From Sarea resinae (taxonomy: Eukaryota): 35,951 nucleotides of DNA. Location: the NCBI GenBank assembly GCA_026026165.1, contig JAPEUD010000120.1, forward strand, positions 1-35,951, given 5' to 3'. The position numbers and the translations under genes were made by a program. Positions 10,812 through 21,964 of the stretch are shown here, piece after piece. The notes under the pieces were generated by a model. That model did not search any database. It saw only the letters and a program-made list of their open reading frames with translations, and was not told where the DNA came from. Every line of letters begins with the position of its first letter. The stretch's first letter is position 1.

Positions 10812-12351
10812 ATGGCACCTTCAAGAGGAATCCTAATTGCCTTTAATCGTCGAACATTTAACGGCATCAAGCAAAGATGGCCATCACCATCACTTATCTC
10901 TCTGCCGCAGCGGCAGAGATACTCTAGCCGCCCCACCGTCTTCGCTGCTGCAGCTAGTCACGAGAGCTCGATCCACCAGATCTACATCTCTCGCTCTCTC
11001 AATCCCTATCTAAACCTCTCAATCGAGCATTTTCTTTTGCAGAAAACGCCTGCCTCTTCGAAGGTACTATTCCTGTACACCAATCGACCGAGTGTAATCA
11101 TCGGACGAAATCAGAACCCGTGGCTGGAAGTGAATCTTCGACTTTTGGACGCTGCTCGAGCGCAGCGACCAGGTCAAGCACTCGAGACAGAACCGCCATC
11201 AATTGGAGATGTCAGCCTTGTACGGCGCAGGTCTGGCGGGGGAACGGTCTTCCACGACACCGGAAACGTCAATTATTGCGTGATTTCCCCCAGTTCCGAA
11301 TTCACTAGAGATAAGCACGCGGAGATGGTGGTGAGGGCAATGAGAAAACTGGGTGTCGATAGAGCTCGAGTCAACGAACGGCATGATATCGTACTCGATC
11401 AAGGACCTCTACGAGATCAGGCCGATCATACAGACATGCATAAGACCCCGTACATGTGGGAATCGAGAGACATCCCTCAGCCGTTGAAGGTCTCCGGATC
11501 TGCCTACAAATTGACTAGACAGCGAGCATTGCATCATGGGACGTGTCTTCTGTCATCTCCTAACCTCCATATTATGCCACATTATCTGCACTCACCGGCG
11601 AAGCCATACATCAAAGCACGAGGCGTCGAAAGCGTTAATTCCCCAGTAGGTAATGTGGGCATTGCAAATGGGGATTTTGAGAATGCTGTTGTTCGCGAGT
11701 TTGCATTGTTGTACAATCTGCCAAACGAAGCCATCCTCGGACTCAATGAGAACGCTGGCCTTCGCTCTGGAGATGAATGGGTCAGTGGCGTTTTCGACGA
11801 GACTTATTCAGAAGTGCCCTCTATCCGTACCGGCATGGCCGAACTCAAGGTGAGTCGATCTTTGGTTGTTATTTGATGCGCTAGACTAACTACAGCCAGT
11901 CTCCCGAATGGACTTTCATGCAAACGCCTCAATTTACATTCTCAAGCCATTCCTCAGAAGAAGATAGCAGAGATAGACCTGCTATCTCAGACTCCCTGCC
12001 ACCTTCTGTACGTATCGCCAAATCCTCCCATGATCATATTCCTTTGGAGAAGAATTGTTCGAGACTAGACCCTAGACGTGGCCGGTTGAAGTTGCTGAAC
12101 TAATTTCTCTTTTGCCCAAGACACACGTACATCTCAAAGCACGGTCAGGAGTCATCTCGGAAAGCCGGATATCGACCCGCGGTGACAAGAAAGAGGCTGA
12201 GGGACAAGCGGAAATGGTTGATGAACTGTTGACGAAAAGAAAGATCCACGAACTGGCAGACTGGAGCGATCTTTTAAGGCAATCGCAAGCCTTCGAAGAG
12301 TATGAGGCATCGCCACTGTCCAAATGGCTGAATTGCATGTTTGGAAAATAA
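10812..12351 (+). CDS. AIM22: Mitochondrial lipoate-protein ligase A / lipoyltransferase (about 458 aa, 3 exons: 10812-11849, 11900-12007, 12121-12351)
   Basis: NPYLNLSIEHFL, VIIGRNQNPWLE, RRRSGGGTVFHD, KVSGSAYK, LHHGT and spliced SPEWTFMQTPQF. Arg/Ser-rich N-terminus resembles a mitochondrial presequence. Confidence 0.92.
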
Positions 12352-12401
12352 GTTCCATTTACCTTGTTCCCCAAGATTTTGCCAGTAGCTCCACATACCC
12401 G

Positions 12402-14594
12402 TTATTCGTCAGCTGTATCCTCGATAGTTGGCTGATTGAGAGCTTTTGGTTTCTGACTTGGCGGTATGGTGAATATGCGGTCGCCGTTCCTTGATTTCGG
12501 CTTCGCTGCTGTCACAGGGGGTGGACTATATGATTTTTCCGACAGTCCAGTTGACGGAGATCCTGGTTCGCCTTGCGGGGTTGCAACTTCGGGTCTTGGA
12601 GTGCTGCTTTCTTCAGATGATCCAATGTACAGATAAGGTGTCAGCTGAGTGACATGCTGATCGAAAGGCAACTTCTGATCATAGACGAAATGTCCGCCTT
12701 GAGGCTCAGATTCATCACTCACCAATTTCTTCGAGGGCTTATGCGGCAACGAAATCATTGGCTTACCAGAAGAGACGGCCTTCAATTGAATCTTTTCCTT
12801 CGAAGCTGATAGCTTTCTTGCGACCTTGGCCTGGGAACGAGACTGAAGGATCTTTGGGTCCGAACTCGAAGTAGAGGACGATGGTTTTGTATCCGGATTG
12901 GAAATTAGAGGCGTCCGCAGAAGAACCTTCCACCAATCATTGTCTACAACGTCCGCAGAGGTTTCTTTTCGACTGCCTAAATGCTTCGGTTTGGTGTAAG
13001 CTCCTTTATGATAGAAATCATCGGCTTTTTCAATCAACTCTCTCACAGAGAAGAATGCCTCCTTGAATGTGCTATCCATCTTAACAGCAAAATCCAAACC
13101 CTCTTGCGTTGTAACATAGTCCAGCTTCAGCTCATAACGCCAACCGCGCTTCAAGTCTGTCCGTTCGTCAATCATTCGCTCTTGGAACCACCGCAGAATT
13201 TTTATCTCGGTCCTATTCCAGACCAACAGCAACGCGAGCATAGAGTGGCGCAAATACTCATAACGCTGCATGTCCGAGTACCCCATTGCGTTCTTGATCA
13301 CCACTTTCCATACCGTTACGTCCTGCGCGCTATATTTGATCAATTTCTTCACGAGCGCTTGCTCCTGCACAATTCTGGCTGTCAATTGATCGATTTCCTC
13401 GATCACGAATATGAGATCATCCACCGCTTGGTCCATTCCTGGAAAGTCGACGGCCTTCGGAAGCTTGTACTTTTTCAGCTCAGGAAGTGGACGTGGCTCT
13501 TCGCTGATGAGATCGTTGATAGCTTTCATTCCCTCGCGGGCCGCTTTCAGATGATCACTGAATCTCATTAGTGCTGCTCGCGTTCCAGTCTTGCCTTTGT
13601 ACTTTGTCGACCTGGAGACCTCCGGAGGGTTTCCTTGAGAGAAGATCTTGCTTTTCATTCCGGAGGCGAAGACTGTTGCCATGAGAGGATCCAAAGATGC
13701 AAGATGCGTATCGAATTCGACAGTGCTGCCTGAGCCCTTGTCGTAGGCCATACGCATCTTTGCCAGCTCGGCCATGTCGTAGGTGAAGAGCTTGTCGGTT
13801 GCAAAGATACCGCATGTAACGATACCGCGTTCGAGATGCCGGTTGATATAGCCTATCTCGAGCTCTAGTATTTCCGCTCTTGCCTCTGTCGGACTCAAGG
13901 ATGTGAGATAGGCTTGAATAGAATCGGCCTCCTCGTTTTCGCCTTCCGCCTTTTTCTCAGTGCCATTACCAGTATCGCCTCCCGTCGCACCGAGCAGCTC
14001 ATCGTCTCCATTCTTACTCTCGTTTCTGTCAGTCTTTGCTTGCTCACCAACACGGGCCTCTTTCCTGTCTATCGTCTCCATCAGGCCAGCCACTAATCCC
14101 GACTCCTTGCGCACTTCATTAAGATGGCCTTGCATGTTCAAGACATGCTTGTCGAACTCTTCATGGATCAAGTCGACGTGCTCAAAAGCGCGATTGGTGC
14201 GATCATCCCAGGAGAGACAATCGGCTTGATCCAAGCTGATCATCGGCGGCAAATCGGCCACCATCGATTCCATCATCGACATATCGACACTGAGTGAGTT
14301 GCTGTTACCCCTCGTCCCATCGAAACAGGGCGAGCCACCATGGCCAGGAATAGGACAGCTTGAATTGTTGATCGCAACTGAAGCAGGACAGCACAGGCCA
14401 TAGACAGCTGGATCCGGACCGCTGGCGATCATCGACATCGGAATGGCCGAGCCGTGATCCGGGACCGCACCGCGACCCGGGCCGCTGAATACGAAGTCTT
14501 CCATCTTGGGCAATGGCATCTGCGAGGTTGTCGGCTTGGGCGTTGGTGTTGGCGTTGGCTGCGACGCGCGCTTCTGCCGACGTGAGGTCGGCAT
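12402..14594 (-). CDS. Hypothetical 730-aa protein (disordered termini, helical/charged core)
   Basis: Uninterrupted 2.19-kb ORF with a CAAAAATG start context. No motif recognised. Confidence 0.75.
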   Translation of the reverse strand: MPTSRRQKRASQPTPTPTPKPTTSQMPLPKMEDFVFSGPGRGAVPDHGSAIPMSMIASGPDPAVYGLCCPASVAINNSSCPIPGHGGSPCFDGTRGNSNSLSVDMSMMESMVADLPPMISLDQADCLSWDDRTNRAFEHVDLIHEEFDKHVLNMQGHLNEVRKESGLVAGLMETIDRKEARVGEQAKTDRNESKNGDDELLGATGGDTGNGTEKKAEGENEEADSIQAYLTSLSPTEARAEILELEIGYINRHLERGIVTCGIFATDKLFTYDMAELAKMRMAYDKGSGSTVEFDTHLASLDPLMATVFASGMKSKIFSQGNPPEVSRSTKYKGKTGTRAALMRFSDHLKAAREGMKAINDLISEEPRPLPELKKYKLPKAVDFPGMDQAVDDLIFVIEEIDQLTARIVQEQALVKKLIKYSAQDVTVWKVVIKNAMGYSDMQRYEYLRHSMLALLLVWNRTEIKILRWFQERMIDERTDLKRGWRYELKLDYVTTQEGLDFAVKMDSTFKEAFFSVRELIEKADDFYHKGAYTKPKHLGSRKETSADVVDNDWWKVLLRTPLISNPDTKPSSSTSSSDPKILQSRSQAKVARKLSASKEKIQLKAVSSGKPMISLPHKPSKKLVSDESEPQGGHFVYDQKLPFDQHVTQLTPYLYIGSSEESSTPRPEVATPQGEPGSPSTGLSEKSYSPPPVTAAKPKSRNGDRIFTIPPSQKPKALNQPTIEDTADE

Positions 14595-15407
14595 TTTTGG
14601 TGATGATTGCTGCTCGTTGATCTAGCTGGACGCCGCTTCACAGCAGTGGATATCGTGATTGCAAGTCCGCCTCGTTTAGAGTGTGCGAAAGTTGGCCGAT
14701 TTGCTGTTTGTTTGCCCGACAGGTATGTGGAGAAGTCGAAGGTGTGGATGAGAAGAAAGACGCCAGGACTGTGAATGGAATCGTGCAGGATAAGACATCC
14801 GACGAAAACAAGAGCTTCCTCTACTAGCGAGCAAGCCAAGCTACCTACCGGATGAATGAATGGATGAATTAATGCAATTCACATCGTTCCTGTGGCAGGA
14901 AAAAAGTCACATTCACCTCGTATGGTCGTGAGGTCGAGGATCTGTGAATGTATGACTTATTGAATACCCACCCGACCCCGACACTGATATTGATATTGAT
15001 ACTTTCCAACCAAGCCAGCGCCATCTTGATGAAACGGCCTTTTTTACGAGAAGTGATATCTGAGCAAGGTGCTGAATGAAACGCCTGAACCTGTCCGCCG
15101 GTGTGCGTATCTGGACCCCTTTTTCCGAGAGGCGGACGGGATTTATATCCTCCCGCATAACCTTGAAGACCCTGACACCTTTCCTTGCCCCCCCTTATCT
15201 AGCCAGCCCGAACATGAAAAGCTGGAGTGTTTAGTTGGTCTGGTTTGGCCGCAGCAGCGAATGAACATGTATTGCACTCCCATGTGTTTCATGCATACAC
15301 GGACTGAATGACATTGAACACTTTTGATAAATATATCGTCTCGTTTCTACATCTACCTACACTCTGCCATCTGCCATCAAGCATCCAGCCTGCCACGCCT
15401 GTGAATC

Positions 15408-18062
15408 TCACTTCAGGCAAAACGCCCGCGACCTCACATTCAAGCCCCGCCTCACATTCCTGACCAGTCTCGCCTCCAGATCCCGGACGGTCGCAACACC
15501 GAGCCGATTCCATGCCTCGAACTCTTCCTTGAGCAGCTGCTTGCGCGCTTCGACACGGGTGCCGAACCATAGCACCGTCTGCGATTCGGCGTCCCAGGCT
15601 GGCCATTCAGGGCCCGGGTTGCCATTGCGGATGAAGGCCCCCATCAAGGAACCCATGGCTGCCGAGGAGCGAGCTACCTGCTCGCGATCGATGCCGTCAA
15701 AGGTTGGCCACATGGCGAGATCTTCCGGTGTGTAGTTGCGGAACAGAAACGGCGTGTCGCCTGTGTGGACCGCGCGCAAAGAGCCTCCGAGGCCGGGGAG
15801 ATCGTAGGCGAACTGGAAGACGTGCACGGGGATGCCCTGGGCGCTGAGGTTGTTGGCGATGCAAAGACTGGAGAACTTGAAGAATTCCATGGACATCACG
15901 TCGGACAGAAGAAGGCCTGGTTCGTGGTCTGGGAAGAGGTCTTTGTAGGTATCAAACAGATCTCGCGTTTTGCTTGGGCCGAAAACTTGCGCTAGAACAG
16001 CTACCACGTCGGAGTCGGTGCCATGCTTGACGGTAGGTGATTCGCCCCGGAAGAATTGCCATTCGTCTTTGGCGAATCCGATGATCAGCTCGAAGTTCTC
16101 CTTGTCGAAACGCTGTTCCGATAGGGATTCCGCTGGTGCTGCAGAGATCCAGTCGCCATCGATGACTCCGCCTACGGGACGCCACGCCACATTGGCATCT
16201 GGGGGAAAGGTCCGACAGAGCATATTGTGCGTTGCCAATAGAAGCTCCGGCTTGATTGTCTTCAGCTTTTCAGGGTCGTCGATCTCTAGAATCTGCATGT
16301 ACTGCTGAGCGATGACCGTAGCCTCTTCCTTTTGTTGAGTGCACCAGAGGTTGAACGGTGACAGCGACTGAATGACGGCGCGTCTCACCATCCGCCGGGC
16401 ATCCGGATGTGTCAGGAGGTGGGAGACAGCCGTCGCGCCACATGATTCTCCCCCAACGGTGATATTTTCAGGATCTCCACCAAAATTCTCGATCTCATCG
16501 TAGACCCAACGCAGTGCTGCAATCTGGTCTTGAAGACCGAGGTTGATAGCCTCCGGGAATTTGTCGCTGATCAACCCAAAATGCACCCAGCCAAGGGCCC
16601 CAAGACGGTAATTTGGCCGCACGACGATGATGTTTTCCTCCCTCGCGAGATTGGCGCCTCTCTCCAGATGGAACGAGCCTGAACTGACGGCGTTGGCACC
16701 GCCATGATAATAGAGATATACTGGCAGCTTCTTGTTCGAGGAGATCTTAGGAGCCCAGATGTTAAGGTACAAACAGTCCTCGCTGATGTCGTCTTGGTTG
16801 TAAGTTCTCGTCGTGTACGATGGCCAAGACATGATACCGGGAAGCCCGGGATCCAGGGAATTCATCAGCTCCGCCACGTGACCGAGGCTATAATTGTTTA
16901 CTTGGAATGACGCTGGACCATCTGCCGTGGCCGGTCGAATTCCCGGCCAACCAATCGTACGTCTGGGCGCTTTGAAGCGAAGTTCGTCGACCGGAGGCTG
17001 GGCGTATGGGACACCTCTGAAGACGTAGACGTTATCTTCGAAAGAGCCCCGAAGAAGACCGGATGTTGTTGCAACAATATCTGATTCGGTATACAGTCTG
17101 GCTATGCGAGCTGCGGCCTGGGGAAAGAGGGCGAGAGCATTCTTGGAGCCTACATCCTCAATCTGAGAAGGTGTGAGTCCACGGTAGGTGAGGAGGGCCT
17201 TTAAATTCCGATCCAGGGTCGCATCCGACGAACAAGGGACACCGCTATCAGAACCATATAGAAGGTGGCTGGGAGACGTCACTGCTAGGGCCGGGTCCAG
17301 CGTGTGGCAGGTTGCGGTCGCAGCGGTGTCAAAATACAATCTCCTCACCTGATCCTCCATCTCTTCGGCTCTTATCTTATTTGGGTTTGCTACCCACGAC
17401 TCCGTGCCCAGGAGGCAAAGTCTCCCGCATAGAGCGGGAAACGCTCCACCGCAATGTGCGATGATCCACTTGATGTGAGGAAAACGGCGAAAGGCACCGG
17501 AGTATATCATGTTGGTCATGGTCCGTGCTGTCTCGAATGCAACATCAAGGCTAGCTGCTGGACGGCCGAAGGAACCCTCGCAGTACGCATTTGGGTGAAC
17601 GAAGACGACGGCGCGGCGGCGGTCCAACTCAGCCAAAGCTATGTCTTGAGATGGATCTCCAAGATAAATCCCATTGTAGCAGCAGGTAACGGCGAAGCCA
17701 TCAGGGTTCAATTCGTCGGAGGCTCGCCCAATCTCCGCCAGCATCGCGGCACCATCGTTCGTCGGAAGAGCTGCCAAAAAGCCGAATCTGGTTGGATGGT
17801 CAGAAACCAGCCGAGCGCCGTAGTTGTTTGACAGCCGGAGAGCTTCCAGATCTTGTGGGATGTTGCTCAGCATCTGCATGGCGATGCCGCGAGTGTCCAT
17901 GTATTCGAGCGTGTGCTGCAATGACCATTGATAGGGTTTGTCGAGGACCCAGCCTGCATCGCACATCCCTTGGTATCGTTGTGCCAGCTGTTCCGAATTC
18001 ATGGGAGGCGTGAAATGACAGTGGACATCCACCCAGCCCGACACGATGGGTTCGCGAGACAT
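15408..18062 (-). CDS. Fusion protein: amidohydrolase-2 (aromatic acid decarboxylase-like) + type-B carboxylesterase (about 884 aa from ATG 18062; ORF opens at 18143)
   Basis: N-half: DVHCHF, VFVHP, IAHCGG, LYFDTA, LLYGSD. C-half: FRGVPYAQPP, SEDCLYLNIW, YHGGA, NYRLGALG, GLQDQIAALRWV, GESCG, KDE, AVHTGD. No stop or intron between the halves. Confidence 0.9.
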   Translation of the reverse strand: MSREPIVSGWVDVHCHFTPPMNSEQLAQRYQGMCDAGWVLDKPYQWSLQHTLEYMDTRGIAMQMLSNIPQDLEALRLSNNYGARLVSDHPTRFGFLAALPTNDGAAMLAEIGRASDELNPDGFAVTCCYNGIYLGDPSQDIALAELDRRRAVVFVHPNAYCEGSFGRPAASLDVAFETARTMTNMIYSGAFRRFPHIKWIIAHCGGAFPALCGRLCLLGTESWVANPNKIRAEEMEDQVRRLYFDTAATATCHTLDPALAVTSPSHLLYGSDSGVPCSSDATLDRNLKALLTYRGLTPSQIEDVGSKNALALFPQAAARIARLYTESDIVATTSGLLRGSFEDNVYVFRGVPYAQPPVDELRFKAPRRTIGWPGIRPATADGPASFQVNNYSLGHVAELMNSLDPGLPGIMSWPSYTTRTYNQDDISEDCLYLNIWAPKISSNKKLPVYLYYHGGANAVSSGSFHLERGANLAREENIIVVRPNYRLGALGWVHFGLISDKFPEAINLGLQDQIAALRWVYDEIENFGGDPENITVGGESCGATAVSHLLTHPDARRMVRRAVIQSLSPFNLWCTQQKEEATVIAQQYMQILEIDDPEKLKTIKPELLLATHNMLCRTFPPDANVAWRPVGGVIDGDWISAAPAESLSEQRFDKENFELIIGFAKDEWQFFRGESPTVKHGTDSDVVAVLAQVFGPSKTRDLFDTYKDLFPDHEPGLLLSDVMSMEFFKFSSLCIANNLSAQGIPVHVFQFAYDLPGLGGSLRAVHTGDTPFLFRNYTPEDLAMWPTFDGIDREQVARSSAAMGSLMGAFIRNGNPGPEWPAWDAESQTVLWFGTRVEARKQLLKEEFEAWNRLGVATVRDLEARLVRNVRRGLNVRSRAFCLK

Positions 18063-19522
18063 GTTTGACGGCTTTGCTGTGTTGGTCTGGATGCGCTGGA
18101 CGGTGGTTTTCGTTTTCTTGGGGGTCGAGCAGTATGCCGACATTGCGGATATATATCATCCATCGTTTGGTTCAAACCACCATCGTCGGAGCCCTTGCGT
18201 CGGGGCCGGCGGGCTTAGGCAATAGTGAGAAAGACCCCGAGCGAGTCCCGCAGGATCCCAAAGTGCGAGATGTCCTGCCATTATTGCGAACAGCTATGGT
18301 CGTTTCAAGGTTGGTCGACTCTCAAAGTTGACTGCATGAAAGAGGAGAAGAATTGGGACGTGGATCATTGATGGGCTATGTGGGATGCGCGCATGATCAC
18401 CGCCTAGCTGCAGGCACCGTTCATGGATGAGAGACGGAGACACTAGCTTATCTCCACCTCGCCAACGGGGATCATCCGGTTGATATCTCCGGCTCGTATC
18501 TCCATGCTTGTTGAACTCGCCGTGAGGATTCCATTACATCCAAACCGCAAGCAAAGCGGCAAACGTGTTGATTGATCGGGCCGTTGAAGAGAGAAAGAAA
18601 TTGAATTGGCGGGTGATGCGGATGAATGCATCAATGACGGATCCAATGTGATGTGATGAGATCCTGCAGGGCATGCATCGGTGACGTAATTCTGTTGGGG
18701 GTGTTCAGAGCAATACTGTGTACGAAGTACATATCCGTACCTGGGACACTAACCGGTAGTCTACAGGTACCTTCCCGACTTGCGTCACTCCTGTGATCGA
18801 TGCAAGGCAGCGTCAATCAACAATGAAGCAATCATGGTCTGAATGTCAAGGATTGACATGATTTGAAGCCAGGGAACCAGAGCATAGGGGGCACCGTGGG
18901 ACAGTGAGGTGGTGAGCGGTGAGAGTCATAGAAGTACTTTAAGCGCAATATTATTGGACATAATAGTCCCTGATTCTTATCACTGATCATGATCATCGCG
19001 ATCCTTCCCTGCAGCCTTATCCAGTTGCTCACCGTCCAGCGCTCACCGCTCCACGTCCAGCGCGTGTGATGCTTGATGCCTTCTCGGGCAGTAGCACCTG
19101 ACGAATCACTGAAAAAGACAGTTTTGCCGTTATATATTTTATCAAACCCGAAGACGAAGATGGACTATAATCCGCACTGGCGGCCCGCCGGCTATGCCTA
19201 TTTGCCTACTATATAGCAGCGCTACTTACAGGCCAGGGCCAGTATAAAATGACACGCACTCGATGACTGCTTGAATTCCAAATAGCTCATTGTTCTATAT
19301 GACAGCTCCGTAATAAAGACAGTCGCCTCTTCGATTCACAACCTGTCTCCTCCGGTGATTGCTGCCAATGGTCCAGCGGTCCAGCGATCCGATCGTCTAG
19401 ATGGTCTGAATAGTCTAAGGGGCCAAGGGTCTGGACTGGACCATTCAGAAAATTGGCAGCATGGCCTCCATGATACCGATACCAATGATACCGATATACC
19501 GACACACTCTCACATGGGGAGA

Positions 19523-20314
19523 TCACATATTCCATCGCTCGGGGCCTTGGTCCTGTGCAGCGAGCATGCCCAGATACCACAGTGCGAGGGGGAGCGTCAG
19601 AATTGGTGCCTGGCCATCACCAACTGTCCTCCACGGAATCGGGTCGGAGAGGTCCAGATTCCCGTGGGTATCCTGCTTTCGAATGGCAACAAGCTCTCTA
19701 TCAGTCAAGATGAATCCATATCGCGAGTGATGCTGATTCATGTAGTAATTGACCTGGGATAATGCCTGACGAAATTCCTCTCGAGCAGTGTTGAGAGGGC
19801 TATTCTGGAGTCCCATGTGCCATTTCCAGGACGGCTTAATATCACCGGGTAGACGATTCGGCCCAGTGTTGTAGGGCCTCGTTGGGTCAAAGTAGGCCAG
19901 GTCCGGTCGGTAATTTTCAATGGTCGCCGCCATGTCCCCAACGTCGAACTCGAGTACGGTCAGACCGGCAATCTGGTGGACAGCTCGAGCGTGGGTAATT
20001 CCCGATCGTATCGCCCGTCGAATTCGATCTTTGAAATAGGTGTGAATGCGGGATGTCAGAGCGAGTTCGCCACCTACTGCTGATGGGGGCGAGGTCGGCA
20101 TTGGATTGTGTTCGATGAGGGCGCCGTGCAGGAGCGTGCCATATCTCTGAACGATCTCCTGGAGATTGAATGCGTCCCAATGACCGGGTTGGCGTATATC
20201 TTGGAAACTATACGATTTATTTGTAGTGTTCCTGCTCGGGTGTGCCGGGGGACTGATTGGAAGAGCCGGTGGTTGTTGTTGTAGATACGTCCAAAGGGTG
20301 ATGTTGTTCGCCAT
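19523..20314 (-). CDS. PD-(D/E)xK restriction-endonuclease-fold protein (263 aa)
   Basis: YRPDLAYF...LPGDIKPSWKW core, then the QxxxY helix (QALSQVNYYM) and RYGFILTD strand typical of REase-fold domains. The fold call is by motif only. Confidence 0.7.
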   Translation of the reverse strand: MANNITLWTYLQQQPPALPISPPAHPSRNTTNKSYSFQDIRQPGHWDAFNLQEIVQRYGTLLHGALIEHNPMPTSPPSAVGGELALTSRIHTYFKDRIRRAIRSGITHARAVHQIAGLTVLEFDVGDMAATIENYRPDLAYFDPTRPYNTGPNRLPGDIKPSWKWHMGLQNSPLNTAREEFRQALSQVNYYMNQHHSRYGFILTDRELVAIRKQDTHGNLDLSDPIPWRTVGDGQAPILTLPLALWYLGMLAAQDQGPERWNM

Positions 20315-21156
20315 ATCGGGAATGAAATCGTAGAGAAGAAAAGGATCTATAAGGTTCCGTTGATTGGAAAAGACGATTTTCTGTGTACAGGAAGGAGTTG
20401 CAATATAGAGAAGGGGAAAATAACACCATGCTTTGCCAGATGGCTGGTTTAAATACTCGTTTCCGTCACGCTCAACCTCTCGAGCACCAATACCTTGTTG
20501 TACACACGTCTTGCATTTACCTATACTTGAGATAGAGGCGGCAGACAGTGACTAGGCATTGGCCCAGTATTGTCCTCGGAAGAGGAAAACAGCTGATACT
20601 GTCTAGCATATCTCTTGTTAGGCGCTGCATTTCCCTTCATCCCCAACAGAAACAACGACTCGTCCCGCACAGAGACGTTGAGGGGGGCTGAGATAGTTTC
20701 AAGGGTTGTTTTACCAAGCGCTGTATTAGGCCAGCGCTTACTGAAGACTGGGAAGTGTCCTGTATCGAGTTCGTTTCAAAAAGAATGAATATCACATTCA
20801 AGGGAGGTGCTCTACTGTGGGGCTTTCCAGTGAATATACTCATAGTAAAGTGTAGTTCGCATGATTCGTGGCGGCTAAGTACGAAGTACTCCTAGCCCCA
20901 TCTGGCTGTTGTGAACCTTGGAAGCTTGGGTAAGCGAGTCTGATTGACGCCGACGTACAGATCCCAGGACATGGAATCTCTCCACTCTCATCTCTCACGA
21001 CTAGGTACCTCAACCACATCCGGCACATCTTGCAGTCTCCGAGAAAGCGCGTAAGGATTTGGAGAGTCGCCGCGCCTTGCCTTGGCCTGTTCCGACCTCT
21101 ACTTTTGACTGCGTTCTTCGCTCCATTCTCTATGCTCGGTTGCAAGCCAAATCGCG

Positions 21157-21964
21157 ATGGAGTTGACCGACATCAGACCTTCCGAGGTGAAGTTCCGGGG
21201 AGAATTCCATCGCTGCGAGTATTCGGCAATATTCCTCGCAGAAGTACGCGGTCTGGAGTGTGTGATGAAAGTGGTAGGTGCCTGATCCCCCCGATTTCCC
21301 GGCTTCAATTCAGATCATACAACGAGACCGTGGGAACTAAGTCAATTGACGGCGACGATAGTACCATGACTCCGGTCCCCCGCCTTCATTCGTGCGGAAA
21401 GATCGCGAGTACAATATCTACGTCTGCGAGATGAAGGCCTACCGCCGACTGAAGGAGCGTGGTATCTGTGAAAAGGGCATTGTGCCGCAGTTCTACGGTA
21501 GTATCGAGCAAATTCGGCCGAAACTTTGGCAACCAAACCTCGACATGTTTGCAGAGGACAAGTATCTTCCGAGTGCGATCCTGATAGAATACATTCCGGA
21601 CATGCGTATGTTGGATCTGGCCACCTACACGCCAAAGCGCATGGAGAAGTTCATCGACGGGCTCAAGGCGATCCATGAAGCGCTCGTCTTGCATCAGGAT
21701 GCTAAGCCCCATAACATGATGGTCGTGCCCGGTGACCCGGACCGAGTTCTTTGGATCGATTTCGACCGAGCGGAAACGTATGACGAGGATCGTATAACAC
21801 CCGAGCAGCGCGAGTGGATTGATCATGAAGCACGGACGGTGGAGGAGCTCGCCGTATATCTAGTATGTGGTATTGATCTTTTCGAGATTAGAAGCTTACG
21901 ACTTTCACAGCCACTTGACTGTGCCGAGGGACGCTATAACCAGACTATCTTGTGGTTTTTCTAA
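21157..21964 (+). CDS. Small protein-kinase-like protein (about 223 aa, 3 exons: 21157-21273, 21362-21862, 21911-21964)
   Basis: Exon 1 (not in the ORF track) MELTDIRPSEVKF...CVMKV carries the beta3 Lys. GTAGGT..TAG intron. CEMKAY (alphaC Glu), HQDAKPHN catalytic loop, WIDFD. In-frame 48-nt GTATGT..CAG intron. Confidence 0.82.

Noticed and set aside
12981..13571. 196-aa plus-strand ORF
   Set aside because: Antisense to the 730-aa ORF, with no motifs.
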